Below, one piece after another: positions 48,480 through 58,214 of a DNA stretch of 64,000 nucleotides. Each line of letters begins with the position of its first letter. Position 1 is the first letter of the stretch. The notes under the pieces were generated by a model. The model was not told the origin of the DNA. It was given only the letters and a program-made list of their open reading frames with translations, and ran no database searches. The DNA lies in the NCBI GenBank assembly GCA_964472785.1, contig CAYYMH010000004.1, positions 66,995 through 130,994 on the forward strand. Direction: 5' to 3'. The stretch is from an uncultured Cytophagia bacterium. Its GTDB lineage: Bacteria; Zhuqueibacterota; Zhuqueibacteria; Thermofontimicrobiales; Thermofontimicrobiaceae. Both the position numbers and the translations under genes were made by a program.

Positions 48480-48533
48480 ATGGAGTGCATCGTCTGTGAT
48501 GATGCATGCATTGACGCAGTCGATGCATTTCAA
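48480..48533. repeat. Degenerate REP doublet with an ATGGAGTG end, between convergent genes
   Basis: ATGGAGTGCATCGTCTGTGATGATGCA followed by the inverted TGCATTGACGCAGTCGATGCATTTCAA. Confidence 0.6.
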
Positions 48534-48557
48534 ATAACTATTTTAAAAATCAGAAAG

Positions 48558-49403
48558 TTATTTCAATAATATCAATGGCTGGCACTTTTTGCAAAAAAAA
48601 CTGCTCCGCTGTTTTTGCCGGATTCGCTGCACTTCCGATCCGCAACTATAACAGGGCTCCCCTTCCCTGCCGTAAACCATGATCATTTTTTGAAACTCAC
48701 CTTCGATATTGTACAGGCTGCGGAAGTTCTGTTTGCCGTTGCCCAAAGAAGTGCCCATTTTTTCGACAGCAGCCCGGAGAACATCAGGTACAAACTCAAA
48801 TATCGTCTTTATTTCAGCATCAGATAGTGTGTCCACCCGACGCTGAGGATGAATCTTGCAGCGAAATAAAATCTCGTTGGCATAAATATTTCCGATGCCC
48901 GCAATCTTGGATTGATCCATCAAAAATGATTTCACATCCAACTTTGACTTTCGAATCATGGATTCGAGCCGCTCCAATTGCCAATCTTCACTCAGCGGTT
49001 CAAGACCAAAATTTTTTTGCCAGTTATCCTTTTCATCACAATTCAAAAACACCAACGTTCCCAACGCTCTGGTGTCATTAAATTGCAGACTACTCCCCGA
49101 TTTAAAATAAATAATCGTCCGGGAATAGGCATCCAAATCGGGCTTTTGATTAGACCATATCAGTTTGCCGGTCATCCGCAAATGAATAACTAACTGACAA
49201 TCATCCGCAAAATCAATCACAATAAATTTTCCTTTACGGTTAATTTCTTTTATGGTTTTGCGCTTGATTTGTTTGGGAATCAAATCCGGATCATTCTGTT
49301 TCCACTGATCGGTACGCATAATTTCTACTTTATCAATTTTTTGTCCAATAATATTTTTTCTCAATTGACTGACAATGGTTTCGACTTCCGGGAGTTCTGG
49401 CAC
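48558..49403 (-). CDS. mutM: Formamidopyrimidine-DNA glycosylase
   Basis: PELPEVET, HLRMTG, GIGNIYANE and a C-terminal zinc finger. Confidence 0.96.
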   Translation of the reverse strand: MPELPEVETIVSQLRKNIIGQKIDKVEIMRTDQWKQNDPDLIPKQIKRKTIKEINRKGKFIVIDFADDCQLVIHLRMTGKLIWSNQKPDLDAYSRTIIYFKSGSSLQFNDTRALGTLVFLNCDEKDNWQKNFGLEPLSEDWQLERLESMIRKSKLDVKSFLMDQSKIAGIGNIYANEILFRCKIHPQRRVDTLSDAEIKTIFEFVPDVLRAAVEKMGTSLGNGKQNFRSLYNIEGEFQKMIMVYGREGEPCYSCGSEVQRIRQKQRSSFFCKKCQPLILLK

Positions 49404-49468
49404 GTTATCTGTCCTCCGTTTTTCTTAAAATCATTGACCACTGCGGTAAAAATTCGCCAACAAAAACC

Positions 49469-49497
49469 TTGACTTGAAGTTCTAAATTCATTAAATT
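49469..49497 (+). promoter_or_regulatory. Sigma70-type promoter
   Basis: TTGACT-17 nt-TAAATT. Confidence 0.5.
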
Positions 49498-49546
49498 AGC
49501 GGTTCTTAAAATATAATTTAGCGTGGACTTTTTGAATAGTTATTAA

Positions 49547-49990
49547 ATGTTAGATAAATCGATTTTGTTTCAGGCAAAATCTTTTTTATGCTGGGACAAA
49601 TTTCATGAGTTGACGATTAAACTCGTCCCGATTCAGGAGACTGTCGGATTTTTTTATCCGCCGCAGAACGACTTGTCATCGATTGTGATTTTTTATCAAT
49701 CGGCGCAAAATGATGTGACAAAATCGCTGTGCTTTTTGTTTCACGAAATCGGACATTATGTTCAGTGGGAATTATCAAAAGATGCCAAAGAAGAACGTTC
49801 GTTTTTCGAGCTGATGCAAATCGACAAGGGAACCAAAAAAGTAGAATTTGAACGTGAGGCATGGATTCGCGGCAGAGCCTTAATTGAAGAATTTTTAAAT
49901 ACAAACGGAACTGAAACGAATTCTGTTCTGGATAAATATGATGAAATGAGCGTGATTAGTTTAAAAAGTTATCAAACCGAAAAGAATTGA
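49547..49990 (+). CDS. Hypothetical protein with an HExxH motif (ImmA/IrrE-like metallopeptidase fold possible)
   Basis: LFHEIGHY followed by EREAW. Confidence 0.6.
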   Translation: MLDKSILFQAKSFLCWDKFHELTIKLVPIQETVGFFYPPQNDLSSIVIFYQSAQNDVTKSLCFLFHEIGHYVQWELSKDAKEERSFFELMQIDKGTKKVEFEREAWIRGRALIEEFLNTNGTETNSVLDKYDEMSVISLKSYQTEKN

Positions 49991-49999
49991 GAGGAAACT

Positions 50000-51481
50000 A
50001 TGCAGTTAAAAACATTGCTGGATGAACTGGACGAAAAGAAGATTCACGGACAAATTGATGACATCGACATTGAAGGTGTCGTTTATGACCCATTGCGTGT
50101 GGAAGCCGGATTTTTGTACGTTGCGATCAATATTTATACCCAATTGGACAAAATCGAAATTCCGGAAGGTCATGATAAAGTGGATGACGCAGTGAAGGCA
50201 GGCGCTGCCGCAGTTATTGTGCAGGAAGACAAGGGAAAAGACATTCAAGTTCCGGACAACGTTGTCAAAGTTGTGGTGCCCGATTCCCGATATGCCTTAG
50301 CCAAAGTCGCCAATAAATTTTATGATTTCCCGTCAGAAAAAATGAAAATGATCGGCATTACCGGAACCAACGGCAAAACGACAACAACCCATATCGTCGA
50401 AAGCATTTTACTCGAAAAATATCGCACTGGTCTTATCGGAACCCTCTATTATAAAATCAATGATAAAATCCACAAATCCAAAGATACCACACCGGAACCG
50501 CCTGATTTGCAGGAAATTTTTACCAATATGGTGAATGAAAATGTGGATTATTGCGCGATGGAAGTTTCTTCACACGGCATTGATTTTTTCCGTGTGGAAG
50601 GTGTGAATTATAACGTCGCCCTGTTCACGAATCTTTCACAGGATCATCTGGACTATCACAAAACTATGGACCATTATTTGAAGACCAAGAAAAAATTATT
50701 TCAGTGGCTGGATGATAACGATCATGCCATCGCCAATATCGATGATCCGCATGGCCTGGAATTTCTGGATGTCTCCGCAGCAAAGCCGATTTCGTTTGGC
50801 ATCAAAAAACAGGCGGATGTGATGGCAAAAGACATTGAATTCAACATCAAAGGCACCAAATATCGTCTGGCAACGCCGATCGGGGAAATTGACATTGATC
50901 AAAAATTGGTCGGTTTATTCAATGTGTACAACAGTTTAGGCGCTGTTGCCGTAGCCATTTCCCAGGGATTCACTCTTGAAGAAATTAAACGCGGATTGGA
51001 ACAAAACATCGTTGTCTCTGGTAGATTTGAATTAGTGGATAAGGGGCAGCCTTTTTCCGTTGTCGTCGATTATGCGCACACACCGGACGGTATGGAAAAC
51101 GTGCTCAGTTTAGCTGAAACCTTAAACGCCAATCGCGTGATCACTGTTTTCGGTTGTGGCGGCGATCGCGATAAGGAGAAGCGCCCAATCATGGGAGAAA
51201 TTGCAGATAAGTACAGCGACGTCGTCGTCCTTACCGCAGATAATCCACGCAACGAAGAGCCAGAGCAAATTATCAGCGAAATTTCCACCGGCATTAAAGG
51301 CGCGAAAACTTTCAAAGTGGTGGATCGGCGTGAAGCAATAAAATTCGCTATCGATCATGCCGAGGAAAATGATATCATATTAATTTTAGGAAAAGGACAC
51401 GAAACCACGCAAACGTTGAAAGATAAAACGCTTCATTTCAACGACGTCGAAGAAGCGGAAAATATTTTAAAATCGCTGTAA
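50000..51481 (+). CDS. murE: UDP-N-acetylmuramoyl-L-alanyl-D-glutamate--diaminopimelate ligase (stand-alone)
   Basis: GTNGKTTT, MEVSSHG, TNLSQDHLDYH, DYAHTPDG, CGGDRD, DNPR and GKGHE motifs. Confidence 0.88.
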   Translation: MQLKTLLDELDEKKIHGQIDDIDIEGVVYDPLRVEAGFLYVAINIYTQLDKIEIPEGHDKVDDAVKAGAAAVIVQEDKGKDIQVPDNVVKVVVPDSRYALAKVANKFYDFPSEKMKMIGITGTNGKTTTTHIVESILLEKYRTGLIGTLYYKINDKIHKSKDTTPEPPDLQEIFTNMVNENVDYCAMEVSSHGIDFFRVEGVNYNVALFTNLSQDHLDYHKTMDHYLKTKKKLFQWLDDNDHAIANIDDPHGLEFLDVSAAKPISFGIKKQADVMAKDIEFNIKGTKYRLATPIGEIDIDQKLVGLFNVYNSLGAVAVAISQGFTLEEIKRGLEQNIVVSGRFELVDKGQPFSVVVDYAHTPDGMENVLSLAETLNANRVITVFGCGGDRDKEKRPIMGEIADKYSDVVVLTADNPRNEEPEQIISEISTGIKGAKTFKVVDRREAIKFAIDHAEENDIILILGKGHETTQTLKDKTLHFNDVEEAENILKSL

Positions 51482-51574
51482 GAGTCTCTTAATTTTTACA
51501 TGGCTAAAGCGCAATATCGTTATTTTCGGACACATAAAAATCGTGCATTCACCAATTTTGGGATTATGATGAAC

Positions 51575-53443
51575 ATGAAAAGATTTAGAAATTTTGGCAC
51601 ATTTTACATTTTAACATTAATATTATCAATAACATTCTTTTGTGAAAAGAAATCACCAGAGCCAATCGTCGGTCGGGTGGGAAAAACAACCTTGCCAGTC
51701 TCCGAATTTAGGGATCGATTCGAATTGACACCTCATATTCTTCAAACCCAAAACGAGCAGCAAAACAAAATAAATGTTTTGGCTTCGTTACTGGGAGAGA
51801 AACTATTAGTCGAGGAAGCGCGCCGCCGAAAACTTCACAAAGATGAAAAATATCAAACTTTTATCACAGAAATGGAAAAGGAAGCTGTTGTTGAAAAATT
51901 GTTTGAAGAAGAAATCGCTTCCAAAATTGAAATCACTGAGCAGGAACTGAAAAAAGGTTACGTTCGCTCGCAGATCGATTTATCATTGAAAGTACTCACT
52001 TTTGACAGTTTAGGTCAGGCAATCGCCGCAAAGTACCAGATTGATCAGGGAAAATCAATGACCGAAGTCAAGCGGGAATTTCAAACCGACACATTCATAT
52101 CAGCGGATTCGATACTCACGCTGGATATGGAATGGGGTGAAGCCCATCCTAAATTGGAAGACACTGCTTATAATTTGAAGCCAAACCAAGTGTCTGATCC
52201 TGTTTTTGTGGAAGGTCGCTATTTTATTTTAAAATTAACAGACCGACGCGGAAACATATTCGCGACTGAAGCTGATTATCTACGCCAGGTACCTTCGATT
52301 CGAAAAAAAATTAAACAGCGTAAACGGGCCCAGATGTTCAGTCAGTATTTTCATGATTTAATGAAAGGAAAAGAAGCCCGGGTCGCCCACGAAATGTTCG
52401 ATTTTGTTGCCGCTGAGTTAGGAAAGGCTTACGGCATTAGCGACACCCTTTCAAAAAAATCACCGGAATTACCGGACGCTTTAACTGATTCATTATCTGA
52501 GGAAAGCTTTGTCGATCGTCTTAACGAGACATTCATTCGATTTAATGACGGTACCGAATGGTCTGTGGAGGACTTTATCAAAAGGATAATCATCGGACCG
52601 TATAAACTCAACATTAAAACGAGAAATGCGTTCAGAAACAGTTTGAACCGGGCAATAAAACGGATGATTGAGTTTGAAACGTTAGCCAAAGAGGGACGAG
52701 AAAAGGGTTATGATAAAACATATTATGTCGATTATCAAACGAAGATGTGGGGAGACTCCTTTCTGGGTCAGATCATGCGGCAAAATATCATTGATACAGT
52801 AACTTTCACGCCAGAGGAGATTGAATACCATTATCAAAACAATAAAAGTGAATATTCCGGTCCGGACATGGTCAAACTTCACGAAATCCTGGTCGATGAT
52901 AAATCACTGGCTGAAGATATTCTCAAACGCATTAAAAACGGTGCTGACATGAAAAAATTAGCCCGTAAATACAACAAACGAGAACTGAGCATAAAAACAG
53001 ATGGTGTGATGGGCTATTTCACGACATCTGCGCTGGGGAAAGTCGGAGAAGCTGCAAAGCAACTGGACATCGGCGAAATCGGCGGTCCGATAAGAACCGA
53101 GAAAAATCAGTATTCTGTGTTCAAGATTTTGGATAAAAGAGAAGCCGGTCCCCTGCCCCTGGAGCAAGTTTGGGATGACGTTAAAAAAGATGCGTTGGCA
53201 GAAAAACAGCAGCGGTTGATCGACGGATTCCTGAGTCAAAAAACCGAAGATTATGAAATTGAAATTAACCGGTCTGTGCTGGATACCCTGGAAACGACAC
53301 AGATAAATGCGCTGATTTTAAAACGTCACTATGCGAATCGGACGGCTGCACCTACTGTGCAACCGTTGAATTTATCCCACCGTTGGCAAAATTATATCGA
53401 TGAAATTTATCCAAAAAAACCAGCTTCGGAAAATCAGAAATAG
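51575..53443 (+). CDS. PpiC/SurA-type peptidyl-prolyl isomerase lipoprotein
   Basis: Lipobox-like ITFFC; HEILVDD..LAEDI...GADMKKLARKY...DGVMGY parvulin motif. Start uncertain (track start 51500). Confidence 0.75.
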   Translation: MKRFRNFGTFYILTLILSITFFCEKKSPEPIVGRVGKTTLPVSEFRDRFELTPHILQTQNEQQNKINVLASLLGEKLLVEEARRRKLHKDEKYQTFITEMEKEAVVEKLFEEEIASKIEITEQELKKGYVRSQIDLSLKVLTFDSLGQAIAAKYQIDQGKSMTEVKREFQTDTFISADSILTLDMEWGEAHPKLEDTAYNLKPNQVSDPVFVEGRYFILKLTDRRGNIFATEADYLRQVPSIRKKIKQRKRAQMFSQYFHDLMKGKEARVAHEMFDFVAAELGKAYGISDTLSKKSPELPDALTDSLSEESFVDRLNETFIRFNDGTEWSVEDFIKRIIIGPYKLNIKTRNAFRNSLNRAIKRMIEFETLAKEGREKGYDKTYYVDYQTKMWGDSFLGQIMRQNIIDTVTFTPEEIEYHYQNNKSEYSGPDMVKLHEILVDDKSLAEDILKRIKNGADMKKLARKYNKRELSIKTDGVMGYFTTSALGKVGEAAKQLDIGEIGGPIRTEKNQYSVFKILDKREAGPLPLEQVWDDVKKDALAEKQQRLIDGFLSQKTEDYEIEINRSVLDTLETTQINALILKRHYANRTAAPTVQPLNLSHRWQNYIDEIYPKKPASENQK

Positions 53444-53563
53444 TTTTTTTAAATTTAGCAAAACTAATTATTGCGACGAATTTTGGTCTCCCATTGGCAT
53501 AAAATTTGAGACATTTTTGACAAATAATCCTGATATCGCGGCGCAGAGGAACTACCTGACATT

Positions 53564-54310
53564 ATGGAACTAAAAGTTGATTTTCACTGTCACACATCGG
53601 ATGATTTGGTTGAAACAGCAGTCAGTGGGCGTACCAATTTACCCTCACCATTTCAACTCATCGACCTCGCGGTTAAACAAAATTTTGATGCAATTTCCAT
53701 CACTCACCACGGTATTATTTATCGCAACGAAAAAGTAAACGAATACGCTCGTCAAAAAGGGCTGTTGCTAATTCCCGGCACCGAGGCATTCATCGAACGA
53801 AAACATGTGCTGCTTATTAATTATCCCATGGTCAAACCATTTAAAAAATATACTGACTTATGCACATACAAACGCGAGGATGGTCTCATTATTGCTCCCC
53901 ATCCTTTTTATATTTTGGGGAAATGCGTCGGTCAAAATTTAATCAAATATATCGACTGTTTCGACGCGATCGAATACAGCCGCTTTCATTTTAAATTCAT
54001 CAACCCGGCGGAAAAAGCACTGCGTGTGGCGCGAAAATATAACAAACCATTAGTTGGCTGCTCAGACGCTCATAAGCCCTATCAATTCGGTACAACATTT
54101 TCCATTGTCGATGCTGAAGAAAAATCTGTAACAGCTACCATCCGAGCCGTTAAACAAGGAAAGGTGAATTATGTCAGCATCAACGAGTCACTGCTTAATT
54201 TCACCAAAGATTTCTTATGGACAGTGAAGACTTTTCCGCTGGATGTTCATAATTTCGGCAGCCGGGTAATAAATACATTTTTCAACAATTCTCATTTTTA
54301 TAAAAAATAA
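53564..54310 (+). CDS. PHP domain phosphoesterase
   Basis: DFHCHT, THH, GTE, PHP and GCSDAH metal-binding motifs. Confidence 0.85.
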   Translation: MELKVDFHCHTSDDLVETAVSGRTNLPSPFQLIDLAVKQNFDAISITHHGIIYRNEKVNEYARQKGLLLIPGTEAFIERKHVLLINYPMVKPFKKYTDLCTYKREDGLIIAPHPFYILGKCVGQNLIKYIDCFDAIEYSRFHFKFINPAEKALRVARKYNKPLVGCSDAHKPYQFGTTFSIVDAEEKSVTATIRAVKQGKVNYVSINESLLNFTKDFLWTVKTFPLDVHNFGSRVINTFFNNSHFYKK

Positions 54311-54377
54311 CCATATTCTTCGGTTAACCCAGCATTCTGTTCAATAATAAGCAATCGGCCGGAAACACACAATTCCC

Positions 54378-54405
54378 TTGACATTTACCAAAAAATTGTT
54401 AATAT
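54378..54405 (+). promoter_or_regulatory. Possible sigma70 promoter
   Basis: TTGACA-16 nt-TAATAT. Confidence 0.4.
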
Positions 54406-54450
54406 TTTGATAATTTTAATTTCACCTCACAATAAAAGGAGCGTGTTCCA

Positions 54451-54864
54451 ATGAAAAAACATATCGAATTTTTAGGCATTGCTTACATTGTTTACAATGT
54501 ATTGACGATATTGACCATTTTAATTGTGATGATCATCTTATTCGGATTAGGCGTTTTTGTGGATCAGGCACAATTTCGCTATCATCATCCCTGGCATGGC
54601 CCCGGTGGAATCGAAATTATTCTTGTGATTGTGTTTAGTATCTTAGCGCTGTTCCTCTTCCTCTCGATTCCGGGAATTATTGCCGGGATTGGTTTATTGA
54701 AAAAAAGTAGTTGGTCCCGAGTTTTAACATTGATATTGGGATGCTTCAATTTGCTTAACATTCCCTTTGGCACAGCCCTAGGCGTTTACACGATCTGGGT
54801 GCTGCTTCAGGAAGAAACCATATCAATATTGAGCGGCAAAGAAGTAATTCAGAAAAAGACGTGA
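54451..54864 (+). CDS. Hypothetical membrane protein (about 3-4 TM)
   Basis: AGGAG Shine-Dalgarno; IPFGTALGVYTIWVL motif. Confidence 0.8.
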   Translation: MKKHIEFLGIAYIVYNVLTILTILIVMIILFGLGVFVDQAQFRYHHPWHGPGGIEIILVIVFSILALFLFLSIPGIIAGIGLLKKSSWSRVLTLILGCFNLLNIPFGTALGVYTIWVLLQEETISILSGKEVIQKKT

Positions 54865-54904
54865 ATCATTTTTTCACTTTAAACGTACGTTTACTTTAAA
54901 AATA

Positions 54905-55693
54905 ATGAAAGAGACGATGAATATCAACCGATTAAATATTGCAAAAAACTGGCTGCCACGTTACACGGGTATGCCTCTCGACGAATTTGGTGATTATATC
55001 TTGCTGACGAACTTCCGCAGTTACCTGAAAAACTTTGCTGATAAGTTTAATTGCAATGTCTATGGCGAAGACCGTCCCATGCAAGCAGCAACAAACAATG
55101 AGGGCTTAACCATTATCAATTTCGGCATCGGATCAGCTAATTCAGCCACAATAATGGATTTGTTATTTGCTCGTCATCCGAAAGGTGTTTTATTCTTGGG
55201 AAAATGTGGCGGTTTGAAAAAATCCAGTGAAATCGGTCATTTTATTTTGCCCATTGCCGCGATTCGCGGGGAGGGTACGAGCAATGAATATTTTCCTCCG
55301 GAAGTGCCCGCGCTCCCCTCTTTCAAGTTACATAAATTTATCTCTGAAAAAATTGTTAATCACGGTTACGACTATCGCACCGGCGTTGTTTATACAACAA
55401 ACCGCCGTCTTTGGGAACATGACAAGGTTTTCCTGAAACGTTTGCAGGACATGACCTGTATCGCCATTGACATGGAAACTGCGACCGTTTTTATTGTCGG
55501 ACATTATAACGAAATTGCTCGCGGCGCACTACTTTTGGTATCAGACGTTCCGATTACACCGGATGGCGTGAAAACCGAACGCATGGATCAATACGTCAGC
55601 AAAGAATGGTCAAAAATACACTTGCAAATCGGCATTGAAGCGATGACAGAAATCGGCAAGGAAGGCGAAAAGATAAAACATTTCAGATATTAA
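54905..55693 (+). CDS. amn: AMP nucleosidase (short Bacteroidota-like form)
   Basis: NWLPRYTG, INFGIGSANSA, LGKCGGL, IRGEGTS and DMETAT motifs. Confidence 0.9.
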   Translation: MKETMNINRLNIAKNWLPRYTGMPLDEFGDYILLTNFRSYLKNFADKFNCNVYGEDRPMQAATNNEGLTIINFGIGSANSATIMDLLFARHPKGVLFLGKCGGLKKSSEIGHFILPIAAIRGEGTSNEYFPPEVPALPSFKLHKFISEKIVNHGYDYRTGVVYTTNRRLWEHDKVFLKRLQDMTCIAIDMETATVFIVGHYNEIARGALLLVSDVPITPDGVKTERMDQYVSKEWSKIHLQIGIEAMTEIGKEGEKIKHFRY

Positions 55694-55714
55694 TTTACAC
55701 ATGGATAAATAAAT

Positions 55715-55918
55715 ATGAATTGGATTCTCTGGCCTTTCCGGGCACTTTGGAGATTCGTCACCGCGATTCTTGAATTAGCCGGTCGCCTGATAGCGGCGAT
55801 TGTCGGCATTGTATTTATCATCGTTGGCGCATTTTTAATTTTTTCTGTCATTGTCGCACCAATCGGCATCGCATTACTTATCTTAGGTATTTTACTTTTG
55901 GTACGGAGCTTGTATTAA
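55715..55918 (+). CDS. Small hypothetical membrane protein
   Basis: 67-aa hydrophobic ORF directly after amn. Confidence 0.7.
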   Translation: MNWILWPFRALWRFVTAILELAGRLIAAIVGIVFIIVGAFLIFSVIVAPIGIALLILGILLLVRSLY

Positions 55919-55993
55919 TCTTCCCGGATTACGATAAACCATATTTTTTTTATATTTATTGTTGAAAAAAAGTCACTTTCCATTGGAGGCAAC

Positions 55994-58078
55994 ATGAAAT
56001 TTCGCTTTCATTTTTCATTTGTAATCTTGATCCTCATTTTGAGCAATTCAATCTCTGCTCAAAATGCACCCTGGCACCATCAAACGCTGGTCGCCGATAG
56101 CATCGTCAATGCATTCATCGATGAGGTATCCGGTGAAATCGCCATGAACCATTGCGTCGAGATGTCAGCTTACAACCGCAATCGCCCGGTATCAGAGTAC
56201 CGGCAAAATTATTTAGAAGCAGACTATGTTTTTGACAAAGCAAAAGCATTCAAATTCGACCGGGTGGAGTTTGAATATTTTAAAGCCGATTCGATCTGGG
56301 ACGGCGAAGTGGGTGAACTCTGGGAAGTTTCTCCGCGCAAAAATCGGAAAATTGCCGATTACGACAACATGACTGCTGTGCTGGCGCGAGGCAGTCAAAC
56401 AACAGATGTCACCGCCGAACTTATTTATGTCGGTAACGGCGCGTTTGATGCAGATTATGACAGTATCGACGTTGCCGGTAAAATTGTGCTGGGCTACGCT
56501 TCAGTCGGTCGATTGCATTATCAGGCTGTCCAAAGAAGAAATGCCGCAGGCGTGATTTCCTTTTCATCAAGCAGGCCGCTGGAAAGTCCGGAACAAATCC
56601 CCTGGCACAGCATTTACAGCCGCGAAGGCAACCCAACCTTTGGCTTCAATCTGGATCAATTTCGCGGCATGGAATTGCGCAATCGACTCGAACGCGGTGA
56701 GAAAATAAAAATGCGCGCCATTGTCAAATCTTTGGTGCAGCCGAACCGTCACAATGTGGTGTGGGCGGATATTACCGGAAGCGATTTACCGGACGAATCC
56801 GTTATTTTGTGCGCCCATCTTTTTGAGGGCATCGTCAAACAAGGCGCTAACGACAACATCAGTGGCAGTGCTGTGCTGCTCGAAGTTGGCAGAACGATTC
56901 AGCAGCTCATCCAAAACAGAGTGATCGAACGTCCCCGCCGCACTATTCGCTTTCTCTGGATTCCTGAATTCTCCGGCTCGATTCCATGGGTGAATGAGCA
57001 CTTGGATTTGATCGAATCCACACTGGTCAACATTAATCTGGACATGGTCGGTTTACATCTTTCGAAAAGCTACAGCCGCTTCAACCTGGAACGCACCCCA
57101 TTCTCACGCCCAAGTTATCTGAATGACGTGATTGAAAGTGTCATGGATTACGTGAATCAGACAAACTGGGAAACACTGCACAACCGCAGTTTCACAAATC
57201 CTATTTTAGCGCCAACCGGTTCACGGGAACCATTTTATCAAAATATCGATTTCCATTACGGCGCATCCGATCACGTGGTTTTCAACGACTGGGGTGTCGG
57301 CGTGCCGGCAGTGATGCTGATCACCTGGCCCGATCTTTGGTATCACTCCTCTGAAGACCGTCCGGACAAATTGGATGCCACTCAATTGAAACGAGCCGGT
57401 TTTATCAGTGCTCTTTCAGCCTACATTATTGCTGCTGCGGATGAGACGATTGTGCTCCGAATGGCATCGGAAATTTACAGCAACGGACTGAAACGATTGG
57501 GCAATGAATATCAGCGGGCTGCCGAAATACTGACCTTCCGAAAAACAGAATCATTAACACCGGTTTTCAAACGTTCACAAAATATTATTCAGATCGCCGC
57601 TGATCTTGAAAATCGTACCTTGCTGTCATTGTTGGAACTGGCGCCGAAAAGTCAACCGATTTCACAACAGATCAATTTTTCCACAAATTCAATTACCACG
57701 GTGATCGAGCCACAGTTGCAAAATCAGTTGATCCAGCATTACCATCATCTTTGTAAATTGAACGGAATACTGGCTGAGTTTCCGACACTGTCCGCCACCG
57801 AACAGAAGGCAAAAACGATAATTCCCCAACCAACATCTAAAGTGAAAGGCTATTTTCAAAGAGAGTGGATCAATGATGTTGTCGAAAAGTCAGTCCGCGA
57901 CAGTTTGACGACAATCAGTTGGCGCAAAACCCGGGAATTGCGGAATCTGATTGACGGAGAGCGCGACGCTTTGGAAATCAAAAATGTGCTCGATGCCGAG
58001 TATGAGCAGCCCACGGAAATGGAAGAGGTGTTTAATTATTTGGAATTACTGAAACGGGCTGGATTGATTACAATGTAA
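55994..58078 (+). CDS. M28-family metallopeptidase with a PA domain
   Basis: Signal peptide; PA-like GKIVL region; AH, GANDNISG, NLDMVG, SDH.VF and YHSSEDRPD motifs. Confidence 0.82.
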   Translation: MKFRFHFSFVILILILSNSISAQNAPWHHQTLVADSIVNAFIDEVSGEIAMNHCVEMSAYNRNRPVSEYRQNYLEADYVFDKAKAFKFDRVEFEYFKADSIWDGEVGELWEVSPRKNRKIADYDNMTAVLARGSQTTDVTAELIYVGNGAFDADYDSIDVAGKIVLGYASVGRLHYQAVQRRNAAGVISFSSSRPLESPEQIPWHSIYSREGNPTFGFNLDQFRGMELRNRLERGEKIKMRAIVKSLVQPNRHNVVWADITGSDLPDESVILCAHLFEGIVKQGANDNISGSAVLLEVGRTIQQLIQNRVIERPRRTIRFLWIPEFSGSIPWVNEHLDLIESTLVNINLDMVGLHLSKSYSRFNLERTPFSRPSYLNDVIESVMDYVNQTNWETLHNRSFTNPILAPTGSREPFYQNIDFHYGASDHVVFNDWGVGVPAVMLITWPDLWYHSSEDRPDKLDATQLKRAGFISALSAYIIAAADETIVLRMASEIYSNGLKRLGNEYQRAAEILTFRKTESLTPVFKRSQNIIQIAADLENRTLLSLLELAPKSQPISQQINFSTNSITTVIEPQLQNQLIQHYHHLCKLNGILAEFPTLSATEQKAKTIIPQPTSKVKGYFQREWINDVVEKSVRDSLTTISWRKTRELRNLIDGERDALEIKNVLDAEYEQPTEMEEVFNYLELLKRAGLITM

Positions 58079-58116
58079 ATTGCCCCCTTTTTAAATAAAA
58101 TCTTTTGCTATACCAT

Positions 58117-58180
58117 GCAAAGCCGCAAAATGCACAAAATTTTTAAAAAATATTTTTCTTGGCGATATTTGCGGCTTTGC
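58117..58180. repeat. 13-bp perfect intergenic inverted repeat GCAAAGCCGCAAA / TTTGCGGCTTTGC
   Basis: 58117-58129 and 58168-58180. Confidence 0.7.
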
Positions 58181-58214
58181 GTGATAATAACTGTTTAAAA
58201 TCAGGAGTAAATAA

